Below are positions 8,413 through 18,862 of a DNA stretch of 64,000 nucleotides, one piece after another. Positions within the stretch are counted from its first letter, which is position 1, and every line of letters begins with the position of its first letter. The position numbers were made by a program, and so were the translations under genes. The stretch covers positions 70,163-134,162 of the forward strand of contig JBAZKA010000002.1 in assembly GCA_041651015.1 (NCBI GenBank), given 5' to 3'. The stretch comes from Patescibacteria group bacterium (GTDB lineage: Bacteria; Patescibacteriota; Patescibacteriia; Magasanikbacterales; GWA2-37-8). The notes beneath the pieces are model-generated. The model worked only from the letters and a program-made list of their open reading frames with translations. It was not told the DNA's origin and did no database searches.

Positions 8413-11244
8413 TTATTCCACTATCACTTCCAAATCCTTGGTAAAAGTTTTTCCGCTGGTATCGGTCAGCACGCCGGAGAGAACATATGAACCAACGCCC
8501 GGGGAATTTTTCCAAGTGAAATTTAATTTATCCACGAGTAGTTTATCATTGTGGTCAAAAGTGTAAATCAATTTTTTGGCGTTGCCCTCGGAAATTAGTT
8601 GGATGGCGATATTTTTTACATCACTCCAACGGAACGGCAGGACACTGATGGAACGCGGAAAATCATCACTGCGAATTGTAAGGGGCGAACCATCGGTCCA
8701 TTGGAAACTCGGCGCGTCCTGTTCAGCGGTCAAGTTAAAAGTAATTTCTTGCATGGCGCTGTCGCCAATGTCATCTGTCGCGATAACCGAGAGAGTGTGC
8801 ACGCCTTGGGTGGCGCTTTTCAAATAATAATCCAAAGTAAATGGCAGGCTTCGGCTGACACCAATCACGTTGCCATCTAAACGATAATCCACCTCGGTGA
8901 TACCGCGCGGGGCCGAGGCGTTGACTTCAATGTGAAGCGTGCGCGAATTTAATGACGAACTGGCGATGGGTGAAATTATATTGATAGTCGGAGTGAGCGC
9001 GGGGTCGGAAGTAAATGTATCGGCTTCGGCCGGCGGTTCGGAAAAAGAAATCTCCCGGCCGGCGGTTTTTTCGCGAGCCACCCAAGATTGTAAGGCCGCC
9101 TCCCAGTTTTCATATTGTCCGTCAACAGTCGGGTCGGTCGGCATGGGCCCGCGCGGGTCATCTTTGTTTACATAATACAAAATATCGTGCGCCGGCATGA
9201 ATTCTTTTTCCGTGATAAGGGATTCGGGAGTGGATGAAGTGGCGAGTCGGCCATTCAAACGATTAATTTTAACTTTCATCACGCCATCAGTACCGCGGAG
9301 CACGGCCTTGTCCGCGTCATTGACCGGGGCTTCGGGAAATGTTTCGGGCGTAGTGGAGGCCAGGGCGAGCTTCATAAATCTATTCCAAATCTTTCCAGCC
9401 AGCGCGTTGCCACCGCCTTTCATGGGTGAGGGCATGGTATTGCCCACCCAAACACCGGCGGCGAGAGATGGCACATAGCCCATGGTCCAAGCGTCTTTGT
9501 TGTTATTGGTAGTACCGGTTTTGGCGGCGACTAATCTGCCCGGCAAAGTGAGCGTGCTGTTTCGTCCAAAGACATAAGCGCGGGCCGCGTCATCGGTTAA
9601 CACACTGGTAATGGTGGCGGCGATTTCCGGCTTTATGGCTTCCGTGCCCTCGGTGGTTTTGGTTGAATATAATTCATCGCCGTTCGCGTCAGTCACTTTT
9701 AAAATTGCCACAGTCGGATGATAACGCCCGTTATCCGCGAGCGTGGCATAGGCATTGGTGTGTTCCAATAAATTTACTTCAGCGCCGCCCAAGACGAGAG
9801 ACAAACCAAAATTTCCATCACTTAAAGTAGTATAGCCAAACCGCTCGGCAAAATCCGACATATATTTTTCGCCGACTAAGTACAAAGTTTTGACGGCCGG
9901 AATATTTAACGATCCCTGCAATGCTTTGCGCATGGTGACCAAGCCGTGTTCGGTCCCATCATAATTTTTTGGCGTATAATCTCCGCCGGTGCGCATATCA
10001 AAGTTTGTGGTGACATCATAAAGCACGGTGTCCGGCGTGTAACCCTTTTCAAACGCGGCCGAATAGACAAGCGGTTTAAATGATGAGCCCGGCTGGCGTT
10101 TGCCCAGCACGGCCACATTGTATTGGCCGTCAATATCATCATTAAAATAATCGCGCGAACCAACCATGGCCAGTATTTCCGCGGTTTTTGGGTCAATGGC
10201 CACCAAAGCGGCATTGTTCGCGTTTGCGTCTTTGGCAAATTGATCGCCGAGTTCTTTTACCGCCGACTCGGCGATTTTTTGTTTGTCATAATCCAACGAA
10301 GTGATCACTTTGAGGCCTGACTGGTCAACCATTGATTCGCCAAATTGTTCGGCCAATAGTTGTTTGACATACAAAACAAAATGGGGCGCATCAGTAATAC
10401 CATTGGTGCGCGTGATTTTTAGCGCCTCGGCTTGGGCCGTGGTTTTTTCCGTTTCAGTGATGTAGCCTTGATCAAACATTAAACGCAAAACTAAATTGCG
10501 CCGTTCTTTAAGCGACTCGGTATCGTTTAAATATTTAGTCGGCTGTTTGAGTAAAGCCGCGAGAGTGGCTGATTCAGCCAAGGTTAAATCCTTGGCGGAT
10601 TTTTGAAAATAACTTTGCGAGGCGGATTCAATGCCATAGTTGGTGGAGCCGTAGGGGATCTCATTTAAATACATTTTGATAATTTGATCTTTGGTATATT
10701 TTTTTTCTAAACGCAAGGCCAGAATCGCTTCTTTGAGTTTGCGGAAATATGAATGAGAATCGCCGACAATGGCATTTTTGATTAATTGTTGCGTCAGAGT
10801 GGAAGCGCCGCCCGAGCCGGCCTTTCGTCCGATTAAATTATTAAAAGCGGCGCGCAAGATGGAAAGAATTTTTACTCCGCTGTGTTCGTAAAAGGTTTTA
10901 TCCTCCACGGCAATGGTGGCTTTGATGGCGTATGGTGCAATTTGGTACAGGTCCACCATGGTACGTTTCTGGTCTTGGTAAACTTCGTAAAGTAAATGTT
11001 CGCCCGTGCGGTCATAGATCTTGGTGCTTTGGGCCACCTGGCGCTCGGAAAGTTTTTCCGGGTCAGGCAATTCTTTGGAAATAATGGCCACGGCAATGGT
11101 GCCGGCGATAAAACCGGCCAGCAACAAACAAAGCGCGGTCAAAATAAGCGGCTTGAACCATTTGCGTTTGGGTTTTTTTGGTTTTTCAGAGCGCAGATCA
11201 CCGTAGGCGCGTCTTTGTCTGGCAACCAGCTGTTGAATAGGCAT
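8413..11244 (-). CDS. Bifunctional class A penicillin-binding protein (PBP1A family) with C-terminal Ig-like domains
   Basis: N-terminal TM; glycosyltransferase motifs EDKTFYEH and GASTLTQQL; transpeptidase SSFK, SLN, KTGT. Confidence 0.93.
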   Translation of the reverse strand: MPIQQLVARQRRAYGDLRSEKPKKPKRKWFKPLILTALCLLLAGFIAGTIAVAIISKELPDPEKLSERQVAQSTKIYDRTGEHLLYEVYQDQKRTMVDLYQIAPYAIKATIAVEDKTFYEHSGVKILSILRAAFNNLIGRKAGSGGASTLTQQLIKNAIVGDSHSYFRKLKEAILALRLEKKYTKDQIIKMYLNEIPYGSTNYGIESASQSYFQKSAKDLTLAESATLAALLKQPTKYLNDTESLKERRNLVLRLMFDQGYITETEKTTAQAEALKITRTNGITDAPHFVLYVKQLLAEQFGESMVDQSGLKVITSLDYDKQKIAESAVKELGDQFAKDANANNAALVAIDPKTAEILAMVGSRDYFNDDIDGQYNVAVLGKRQPGSSFKPLVYSAAFEKGYTPDTVLYDVTTNFDMRTGGDYTPKNYDGTEHGLVTMRKALQGSLNIPAVKTLYLVGEKYMSDFAERFGYTTLSDGNFGLSLVLGGAEVNLLEHTNAYATLADNGRYHPTVAILKVTDANGDELYSTKTTEGTEAIKPEIAATITSVLTDDAARAYVFGRNSTLTLPGRLVAAKTGTTNNNKDAWTMGYVPSLAAGVWVGNTMPSPMKGGGNALAGKIWNRFMKLALASTTPETFPEAPVNDADKAVLRGTDGVMKVKINRLNGRLATSSTPESLITEKEFMPAHDILYYVNKDDPRGPMPTDPTVDGQYENWEAALQSWVAREKTAGREISFSEPPAEADTFTSDPALTPTINIISPIASSSLNSRTLHIEVNASAPRGITEVDYRLDGNVIGVSRSLPFTLDYYLKSATQGVHTLSVIATDDIGDSAMQEITFNLTAEQDAPSFQWTDGSPLTIRSDDFPRSISVLPFRWSDVKNIAIQLISEGNAKKLIYTFDHNDKLLVDKLNFTWKNSPGVGSYVLSGVLTDTSGKTFTKDLEVIVE

Positions 11245-11413
11245 AAAAATCCTCCCTAGAATAAATATATATCATATTATATACCAGCGAGGAAGATTTT
11301 TCAACGAAGGGTAAGCCCTTGACAAAAACCCTTCCCTGTGCTATACTTTTCTGTTAATATAATGTCGAGAAATATCCTGTATAGGATATTTTTTCGCTTA
11401 AATAAGCGGAAAT

Positions 11414-12115
11414 ATGAAATTTAACTTGACCAAAACCTTATATACTAGCGGAAAGTACTGGATTTTAGCCATTGCTGTTGTTTTGGCTAGCGCCATTGTC
11501 TTTTCCACTCCGGCCGAGGCTGAAATCGCTGATATTAGCCAAAAGACCTGTGCTTTTACAGATTTTGACCGCTATACGGCCCTCTATTACCGCCAAACCA
11601 AGGAAAAAGAGGTTAAATCCAGTGAAACGATTGTTTCTATTACTGATGAGGCTTCCAGAGCCAAAAAACAGGCCTCTTTGATTGAGGAAGCGAAGACCGA
11701 GGAGTTGTCTAATGCCAACGAGACTCTTTTGATGAATTCCAAGAAGATCGCTGATGCGGTGGAAACATCCGAGGAAAAGCCGGACAAGGTCGTGAACGTG
11801 GTCATGACTGCCTACACCTCCACTCCGGACCAGACTGATGACACGCCGGACATCGCCGCTTCGGGCAAACACGTTTATGATGGCATGTTGGCCGCCAACT
11901 GGTTGCCCATGGGTACCAAAGTAAAAATTCCGGAATTATATGGTGATAAAATTTTTACCATTGATGACCGCATGAACAAACGTTATGGCTATGGCCGTAT
12001 GGATATCTGGTTGGACACAACCAAAGCCGAGGCCAGAAAATTCGGTGTCAAACGTTTGACTGTGGAGATCTATTACGCGCACGCTGAGCCGAAAGAATTG
12101 GCTGTGGCGAAATAA
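11414..12115 (+). CDS. Secreted 3D-domain (MltA-like) cell-wall protein
   Basis: Signal peptide; TAYTSTPDQTD, AANWLPMGT, DDRM, MDIW. Confidence 0.85.
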   Translation: MKFNLTKTLYTSGKYWILAIAVVLASAIVFSTPAEAEIADISQKTCAFTDFDRYTALYYRQTKEKEVKSSETIVSITDEASRAKKQASLIEEAKTEELSNANETLLMNSKKIADAVETSEEKPDKVVNVVMTAYTSTPDQTDDTPDIAASGKHVYDGMLAANWLPMGTKVKIPELYGDKIFTIDDRMNKRYGYGRMDIWLDTTKAEARKFGVKRLTVEIYYAHAEPKELAVAK

Positions 12116-12314
12116 AAATATATTTAAAAACCGTCTGGCGTGATGCCGGGCGGTTTTTTTGTTCGTCACCAGTATTGACATTTGTATATAAATGTGCTAT
12201 ATTGATTAGCCAAATTGTTTTGGTCAAAATCGCACCTTCCCAAAAAGGGGGTAATCATGAACAGTCGTTGGTCGTTTTTTATCGGCGTGGTCGCCGCAGG
12301 AAAGGAGTAGCTCA

Positions 12315-12470
12315 ATGTGGCAATCATTTTCTTTTGGTTCTCTCGGTGCGTACGAGTATGAGTATGACCGGTATGGTTATACCGGCTGGTACCGCTGTGC
12401 TGGTGGCCGCCTCGCGGACGGCCGTTGGCCCGAGTGGAACTTCAAAACCGGCGCGACCCGCTATCGCTGA
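12315..12470 (+). CDS. Small aromatic-rich hypothetical protein (51 aa; absent from ORF track)
   Basis: MWQSFSFGSLGAYEYEYDRYGYTGWYRCAGGRLADGRWPEWNFKTGATRYR; SD AAAGGAG at 12301; promoter TTGACA-17-TATATT at 12175-12203. Confidence 0.55.
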   Translation: MWQSFSFGSLGAYEYEYDRYGYTGWYRCAGGRLADGRWPEWNFKTGATRYR

Positions 12471-12525
12471 GGCAGCACGTCGCGACAAACGCCCACCTAG
12501 TAGGAAATCCGAACGGCGGGCATTT

Positions 12526-13215
12526 TTATTTTAATGCATATTCCGCGGCCGTCTCTGCATGTATCCTCATTGTGTCAAACAGCGGAATGTTTACATCGGC
12601 CTGTTGAACTAATAGAGGTATTTCCGTGCAACCGAGTATGACGGCTTCGGAGCCTTTGTTCGCTAAATTATTTATAATGCTTAAATATTTTTCTCTCGCT
12701 CCCGGACTGTGGATTCCTTGGCAGGCATTGTTTATTTCCTGCTGCAAAATATCTTGTTCTGATTCGTCGGGTAACAGGATATTTATTCCGTGTTTTTCTC
12801 GCATTCGGTCTTTGTAAAATTTTTCGCGCATCGTCAGCTTTGTCCCCATTAGACCAACCGTGGTATATCCGGCGGATATTATTTTGTCAGCAGTCGCTTC
12901 AACGATGTGTAAAAGAGGGATTTGAATGCTATTTTGGATTTCATCGGCGAGGATGTGCACGGTATTGGCCGCCAATATGATAAAATCTGCGCCACCGCGC
13001 TCCAAATTTTTTGCCGCGTCAGTTAGGATTTTATCGGATTTTTCCCATGCAACAGTACTATGCTCCAAGTCAATTTCATCAAAATCCACCGATTGCATCA
13101 AAATTTTGGCCGAATGCCAGCCACCAAGTTGGTTTTGAATTGTTTCGTTGATGATGCGGTAATATTCCAATGAAGAATGCCAGCTCATCCCGCCGATAAT
13201 TCCGATTGTTTTCAT
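12526..13215 (-). CDS. Aspartate/glutamate racemase family protein
   Basis: MKTIGIIGGMSW, ILGCTEIPL; the first catalytic Cys position reads AANT. Confidence 0.9.
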   Translation of the reverse strand: MKTIGIIGGMSWHSSLEYYRIINETIQNQLGGWHSAKILMQSVDFDEIDLEHSTVAWEKSDKILTDAAKNLERGGADFIILAANTVHILADEIQNSIQIPLLHIVEATADKIISAGYTTVGLMGTKLTMREKFYKDRMREKHGINILLPDESEQDILQQEINNACQGIHSPGAREKYLSIINNLANKGSEAVILGCTEIPLLVQQADVNIPLFDTMRIHAETAAEYALK

Positions 13216-13223
13216 AAAGGTGA

Positions 13224-13307
13224 TTAGCGTTTTGACAATAAAATTTTTCCGTTTTTAATTAACACGAGATAAGAAGCGAGGGCGAGTTTAAAGCGTTCTT
13301 TGGGCAT
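13224..13307 (-). pseudogene. Truncated NUDIX-hydrolase N-terminal fragment
   Basis: MPKERFKLALASYLVLIKNGKILLSKR* resembles the strands preceding a NUDIX box; stops after 27 aa. Confidence 0.5.
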
Positions 13308-13544
13308 GGGGTTAGAATAATAAGTCTCTTTATTCTAATGTATGGGCTATAATTAGAATAAGGCAATAGGGGTTGGTATGAACTTTTAGGTGGTTGTGGA
13401 GCGGAGAAGGCAGGTTATTTTCGCAATACTATTATTTAGTGTAAATTCTATCTAATCATAATATTTGGTAGTTGTTCGTAAGTGGCCGTTTTTAGCCAAA
13501 ATTTGGTCGTTATTTAGATGTGTGTTTACCTAATATTACCTAAA

Positions 13545-15197
13545 TTAATTTTTGTTAGTTGTTTTTAGTGTCCATTGAGGATTTTTGCTTGTGCCCTTGT
13601 TGGTAATAGTCAAGTCTCTTTTCGAGAGATCGTATAAAAGGTTGTCAATCTTTTTTAACTTTTGTTTTTTATCTAATACAGCTGGAAGTAGGTCCATCAA
13701 CAATTTATTGATATCTTGTCGCGAGGCGTTATTATACTTTTCGAGATATTCCCTTATTAATTTTTTATAATGTTCATTGTGGAATCCTCTATTTTTTATA
13801 TATTGCGCCCTCTCTCCCGTAGTGCCGGCAACATGTTCCGAGATATACAGATTTGGATACCTACCCTCAATTAAATTTTTTTCTTTAAGTTTTCTTGCGC
13901 CAGCTTTAGAAATTCGCCTAACTTTTTGAATTTGGTCAAGAAGCATAATCTCTAAGAGAGTAAGATCTTTATGGTGCGCCAGTATTCTTGCATAGTTAAT
14001 ATCTAGAACTTTTCCATGAATAGTAACTGCTACTTTATTATCCGTTAGGTCATAGTCTGGTAATGGAAAAAATTTATTTTTTTGTAAAGTAAACATCCGC
14101 TTAATACCGCTACCGATTGTATCTATCATGTTTAAATTTACCATCGCTTCGGACAGGTGTTTATTTTGATAATACTCTTGTGGTGAGTCAGCTGTAACGA
14201 CGGATTCAATTGTACCTGGTAAAAAACATCCCTTGTTCGTGAATAGAAGCCATCCTGCTTCGTTTTCAACGACCTGTATACGACCGTGCAAAGAATAATC
14301 CTGATGGGCGATGCAGTTATGCAACGCTTCTCTGATAACATACGGATCGTACATATCAACCTCTTCGGGGAAAAGAGATCCGTCTTTTATATATCTATAT
14401 TTTAGATTTCGGATTTTATTAAAGAGGCCGTCAACAGACAGCAAAAATGGACAATAAAAGTGTTCGTAGTCTTTTTCTTCCCCGTCCTTTCCTTTTAAAA
14501 TCCATGAAATTTGAGATACTGCCGATGATATAAGCGCGCTTGATTCCGGTTTTCCAAGAAGAATGATTGCGGTGTTGGTCACGCGACCTTTGATAGTGAG
14601 TTTCGCTTTATCTAAAAATTCTTCGTCGGTCCATTCGTCGACCTCGTTCGCCAGTCGAAGATTCTTTTTTTAAAAATTATTTCTCGCAACATCAATCGCC
14701 GTTGGATCGAGGTCTGCCAATGAAGCTCTATCGCAGATAGCGGCTGACCAGTCTGGTGCTGTCTCGCGACGAATCGCAGTTTCTGTTTCTTCGTCCATCT
14801 CCATCAATTCCTCGCCGATCCTCATAAGAGGAATACCGTAGAATTTTAATGGAGTACCTATTTTCCGAGACGGAATGGTTACCACTACAATACGTTTAGA
14901 TTCATGGTCGGTTATTTCTTGGATATCGATATGCATGCCTATTTGTTGGTAGATTTTTGACTTAACGTCTTCAAAATTTTCTAGGGCCGATGTTCCAACT
15001 ATTTTGCGAGGTATCTTGTCAGAAACCCCCAGTATTAGTTTTCCACCCCTCATATTTCCAAGTCCAACGCAATATCCCAAGACAGAATATCTATTTTTTT
15101 CAGCACCAAGAACGGAAAATGAACTTTTCGCCTCCTTGAACTCTAAACGTTCTTTTTCTCTCGATTTCATCAGTTCATTTAGCTCTTCTAGTGTCAT
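13545..15197 (-). pseudogene. Schlafen/AlbA_2 + RecG-C-like (HATPase_c_4) + wHTH protein interrupted by one in-frame TAA
   Basis: ERLEFKEAK...GGKLILGVSD; REALHNCIAHQDY; IDTIGSGI; the two ORFs share a frame across TAA 14670-14672. Confidence 0.8.
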
Positions 15198-15269
15198 ATA
15201 TTATTTATTAATTTCGGTGTCAAATACCCACAACTGGTAAATTAAATGTATCACTCATCCCGCGTATTT

Positions 15270-16793
15270 TCAATACACCCCCTCCATGGACCTATACTGC
15301 AACGCCTCGGCCATGTGAGCAGGCTGAATTGTGTCGCTAACGCTGAGGTCGGCGATGGTGCGCGCCACTTTGAGCAAACGGTTGTAAGCGCGGGCGGATA
15401 AGTGCAAACGCGTGACCGCATTTTCTAAAATACTAAGCGTGGCCGAGTCCACGGCGCAAAAATCCCGCAGTTCGCGGTTGGACATTTCACTGTTGAGGGA
15501 AATCGGCGCGTTGAGGAAGCGTTCATATTGGCGTTGGCGCGCGCCGAGCACGCGGGCGCGGATTTTATCCGATGTTTCCGCGACCGCGCCCGATGACATT
15601 TCTTCAAAATTTATTCTCGGCACGTTGATGTGCAAATCTATTCTATCCAAAATCGGTCCGGAAATTTTTTTGCGATAATTATTTATTTGCGAAGTGGAAC
15701 ACGTGCATGGATGGTCCGGGTCATTGGCATAACCGCAGGGGCAAGGATTTTGCGAGGCTATCAAAATAAATCTGGCGGGAAAAGATAAAGTGCCTTGCAC
15801 GCGGGAAATGGAAATCGTGCCATCTTCCAGAGGCTGGCGCAAAGTTTCCAAAACCGAACGGGGGAATTCGGGAAACTCATCCAGAAATAAAACTCCGCGA
15901 TGAGCCAGGGAAATTTCTCCGGGTTTGGGCCATTTGCCTCCGCCGACCAAGGCCGCGCCTGAGATGGTGTGATGAGGTGAACGGAACGGCCGGGCGCGCA
16001 CGATTGTCCCGCGGATTAGTCCGGCAATGGAATAAATTTTCGTCACTTCCAATGATTCATCCTGATTTAATTCGGGCAAAATTGACGGTAATGTCCGCGC
16101 GAGCAAAGTTTTGCCCGAGCCGGGCGGGCCGATCATAATGACATTGTGCCCGCCCGCGGCCGCGATTTCCAAAGCGCGTTTGGCAAATGATTGCCCGCGC
16201 ACAAGCGACATATCTAGAGATGTGGAAGAGAATTCCGATGAGGCCGGTTCACTGCTCGGCACATATGGCGCGATTGGTTCTTCGCCCAAGAGGTGGGCCA
16301 TCATTTGCCGTAGATTTTTTACCGGAAAAATTGTTGGACCGTCTTTGACCAAGGCCGCTTCCGGCGCGTCGCACTCGGGCAAGAATAATCTGGCGATACC
16401 GTGAGCGCGCGCGTGAATGGCAATGGGCAAAACGCCGTTCACATGGCGCACAGAGCCGTCCAAAGCCAATTCCCCGACAATCAGGGCATCGGATAAATCT
16501 ATAGGTAAATCCTGGCTGGCCGCGATCAGGCCAACGGCCATGGGCAAATCATAAATCGGGCCTTCTTTGGGCAAATCAGCCGGCGCGAGGTTGATTAACA
16601 GCCGGAAATTAAAGGGATAATCAAAGCCTGAGTTTTTGATAGCCGAGTACAAACGTTCTTTGGCTTCGCGGATTGACGCATCCGGCAAGCCGACAATTTG
16701 AAAATTTGTTTGTCCTTTGTTGATGTCAATCTCTACGTCAATCGGTGATGATTCAAGCCCAATAATCGCTGCCGCCGGCAGTTTGTAAAACAT
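15270..16793 (-). CDS. comM: Mg-chelatase-like AAA+ ATPase ComM/YifB
   Basis: IVGLPD, GPPGSGKT, PFRSPHHT, GEISLAHRGVLFLDE, NPCPCG. Confidence 0.95.
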   Translation of the reverse strand: MFYKLPAAAIIGLESSPIDVEIDINKGQTNFQIVGLPDASIREAKERLYSAIKNSGFDYPFNFRLLINLAPADLPKEGPIYDLPMAVGLIAASQDLPIDLSDALIVGELALDGSVRHVNGVLPIAIHARAHGIARLFLPECDAPEAALVKDGPTIFPVKNLRQMMAHLLGEEPIAPYVPSSEPASSEFSSTSLDMSLVRGQSFAKRALEIAAAGGHNVIMIGPPGSGKTLLARTLPSILPELNQDESLEVTKIYSIAGLIRGTIVRARPFRSPHHTISGAALVGGGKWPKPGEISLAHRGVLFLDEFPEFPRSVLETLRQPLEDGTISISRVQGTLSFPARFILIASQNPCPCGYANDPDHPCTCSTSQINNYRKKISGPILDRIDLHINVPRINFEEMSSGAVAETSDKIRARVLGARQRQYERFLNAPISLNSEMSNRELRDFCAVDSATLSILENAVTRLHLSARAYNRLLKVARTIADLSVSDTIQPAHMAEALQYRSMEGVY

Positions 16794-17027
16794 ATAAAAA
16801 ACAGATTTGAGAAAAAATAAGTATTAACAGATATATACGAAATACGAAAAATACGAAATTACGAAAATAATGGTTAACGTTTGGGGCGAGACGAAACGGG
16901 TATTTGTTAGAGGGCCATATTGGAGCGAGCTCGGAGCGAGCGGAAATCGAGCAAGGCGAGCCCACAGGCGAGCCGCGCGTGTCCGAAACAAATATCCGTG
17001 AGTCAAGCCACAGGATAAACAAAAAAA

Positions 17028-17474
17028 TTACTCCGGCAATCTTTTGTAGCTTTTCAGGACGATAGCTATTGCGCCAAAGACGATGAAGACGTCGGCGATA
17101 TTGAAGTTGCTCGTAAGAAGAAGAAAGTAATCGTGGACTGAACCAAAGTATAAGCGGTCAAAAAAATTCAGTAGAGCACCGGCTAAAATGAAACTTAATG
17201 AGGCGATGATCAAATTATCTCGCGATTCATGCAAGTGGAAATACCAGATAAGCAGGGCAATAAATATCACCGAGAGAATAAGAATAATGTTTGGCGGTAC
17301 ATACAAACCAAACGCAATTCCCGAGTTGACCGAGGGATACCAGCCAAATAAATTTTTAAAAGCCACCACGCTATCCCAGCGAGTAATGGAAAAATAACGC
17401 AGAATGATATCCGCGCCAAATAAAAAAACGCCAATTGCGTAAGTCAAGATAAGGCGTTTTTTGTTTGATTGCAT
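17028..17474 (-). CDS. lspA: Lipoprotein signal peptidase II
   Basis: NSGIAFG, GALLNFFDR, VHDY, FNIAD. Confidence 0.88.
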   Translation of the reverse strand: MQSNKKRLILTYAIGVFLFGADIILRYFSITRWDSVVAFKNLFGWYPSVNSGIAFGLYVPPNIILILSVIFIALLIWYFHLHESRDNLIIASLSFILAGALLNFFDRLYFGSVHDYFLLLTSNFNIADVFIVFGAIAIVLKSYKRLPE

Positions 17475-17492
17475 AAGTCCCTCCAAAAAACT

Positions 17493-17879
17493 TTACAATT
17501 CCTGAGTGATAGTTTTTTTGCACTCCACACAGGCGGACGAAGTCGGGCGGACGAGCAAACGTTTTTCTTCAATTGGTTTCTTGCAGTATTTGCAAGTGCC
17601 GTAAGTGCCTTTTTTAATCCGTTCCAGAGATTTGTTTACATCACGCAAGGTTTTTTCCAAACCCTCTTCCACCGGCAGGTTGTTGATATACTCGGCGACC
17701 TCGGCGGCATTCTCGTCTTCTTTGTCGCCATACTCGGGGAATTGAGTATCAAAATCATCAGACACATGAGCGCTCTTTTTGGTAAATTTGCCCAGTTCTG
17801 ATTCTAGTTTGGTTTTTTGTTCCTGTAATAAATTTTTGATTTTGTCCAAAAATTCTTTGGAAAATGATGGCTTGGCCAT
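17493..17879 (-). CDS. TraR/DksA C4 zinc-finger protein
   Basis: YGTCKYCKKPIEEKRL..PTSSACVEC. Confidence 0.9.
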   Translation of the reverse strand: MAKPSFSKEFLDKIKNLLQEQKTKLESELGKFTKKSAHVSDDFDTQFPEYGDKEDENAAEVAEYINNLPVEEGLEKTLRDVNKSLERIKKGTYGTCKYCKKPIEEKRLLVRPTSSACVECKKTITQEL

Positions 17880-17990
17880 ATAATTCTATTTAGCCGGACC
17901 TCGGCTGGATTATGCAAGTATTATAGTCCAATTCGTGATTTTTGTCCACAGGTCTAGCCGAGTCTGGCTCGCACCTTTGCGTAGTCACTA

Positions 17991-18230
17991 TTATTCCTTT
18001 TCATCTTGAACAAATTTTTCCCACATTTTTATTGAGTCGCCTAAAATTTGAATAGCGGCCGGATCCGTCATAGTCTTTAGAGCGGTTTTTGCCTCTCTCA
18101 ACCAGATCTCTCGGATATTGATACCCGGCGCCATTTCGCAGGGTTTTACCAAATGCGCGATAAATCCTTTGGCCACTTCCATATCAGATTTTGATCTCGC
18201 TGACGGTTCTTTGTATTCAAAATTGTTCAT
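17991..18230 (-). CDS. Hypothetical protein (79 aa)
   Basis: ATG after AT-rich leader; no recognised motif. Confidence 0.55.
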   Translation of the reverse strand: MNNFEYKEPSARSKSDMEVAKGFIAHLVKPCEMAPGINIREIWLREAKTALKTMTDPAAIQILGDSIKMWEKFVQDEKE

Positions 18231-18296
18231 ATTAATTATTTTAAAACACGTATTAAATATACTCCGAAAATCCGCAATAAACAAGCTGAGCAATTT

Positions 18297-18636
18297 TAAA
18301 AGGCCTACGCCCATATTACAATGTTGTTTTAAGGCGAGGCCTTTAGATTGTCCACGAGTAAGCATTGTTTAACCCCTTGCGGGGATAAACGGCATTACGC
18401 CGTGGACTATGAGATCCCAACCACCTCGAGGTAGGGCCCCGTACCCATCGACCGATATACGGTTAACGAGTTATAATTGGGGATACCTGTCCGGAAGTCA
18501 GAATGTATGGATATTTTTTTATTTCTATCCGTATATTCTGATTTCTTGTTTATTCTTTTTATTTTGGTAGTATGGATCTGTTTTGGAACAGAGCTGTTCC
18601 AATTTATTGTTTAAAGAGCTTCTTCGTCTAAACACC
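18297..18636 (-). ncRNA. Candidate structured non-coding RNA (unidentified)
   Basis: Promoter TTGACA-17-TATAGT at 18670-18642, boxA-like GCTCTTTAAACA, nested hairpins with GCAA/GTAA loops, terminal GGCCT stem plus T-run; no convincing ORF. Confidence 0.45.
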
Positions 18637-18735
18637 CATATACTATAGCACATTTTTGGGGTTTTGTCAAGTGTGGGAGGTATTTTGCCATTTTTTGCCG
18701 AATGTTAGCCAAGATATGGCCAAAAAGGCCTAAAA

Positions 18736-18862
18736 GTTTGTATACACAAGTGTATACAAACGTGATTTGACTAAGATTAGCGGAAATTGCTGTGTTTAGC
18801 CAAAAATTTTAAGAAGTTATCCACAGATTCATCCACAGTTTGTATAGAGTTGTGTATACAAA
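18736..18862. promoter_or_regulatory. DnaA-box/palindrome cluster
   Basis: GTTTGTATACAC-AA-GTGTATACAAAC perfect IR, TTATCCACA at 18817, TCATCCACA at 18829, TGTGTATAC. Confidence 0.55.

Noticed and set aside
12175-12534. 119-aa TTG-start ORF from the track
   Set aside because: Its start is the -35 box (TTGACA); the SD-led short ORFs fit the signals better
14660-14680. Programmed frameshift or alternative genetic code in the AlbA gene
   Set aside because: The halves are in the same frame so no shift is needed; TAA and TGA terminate conserved genes normally in this window (code 11)
18297-18636. RNase P RNA, tmRNA or rRNA identity for the structured region
   Set aside because: Diagnostic conserved sequences not found on either strand
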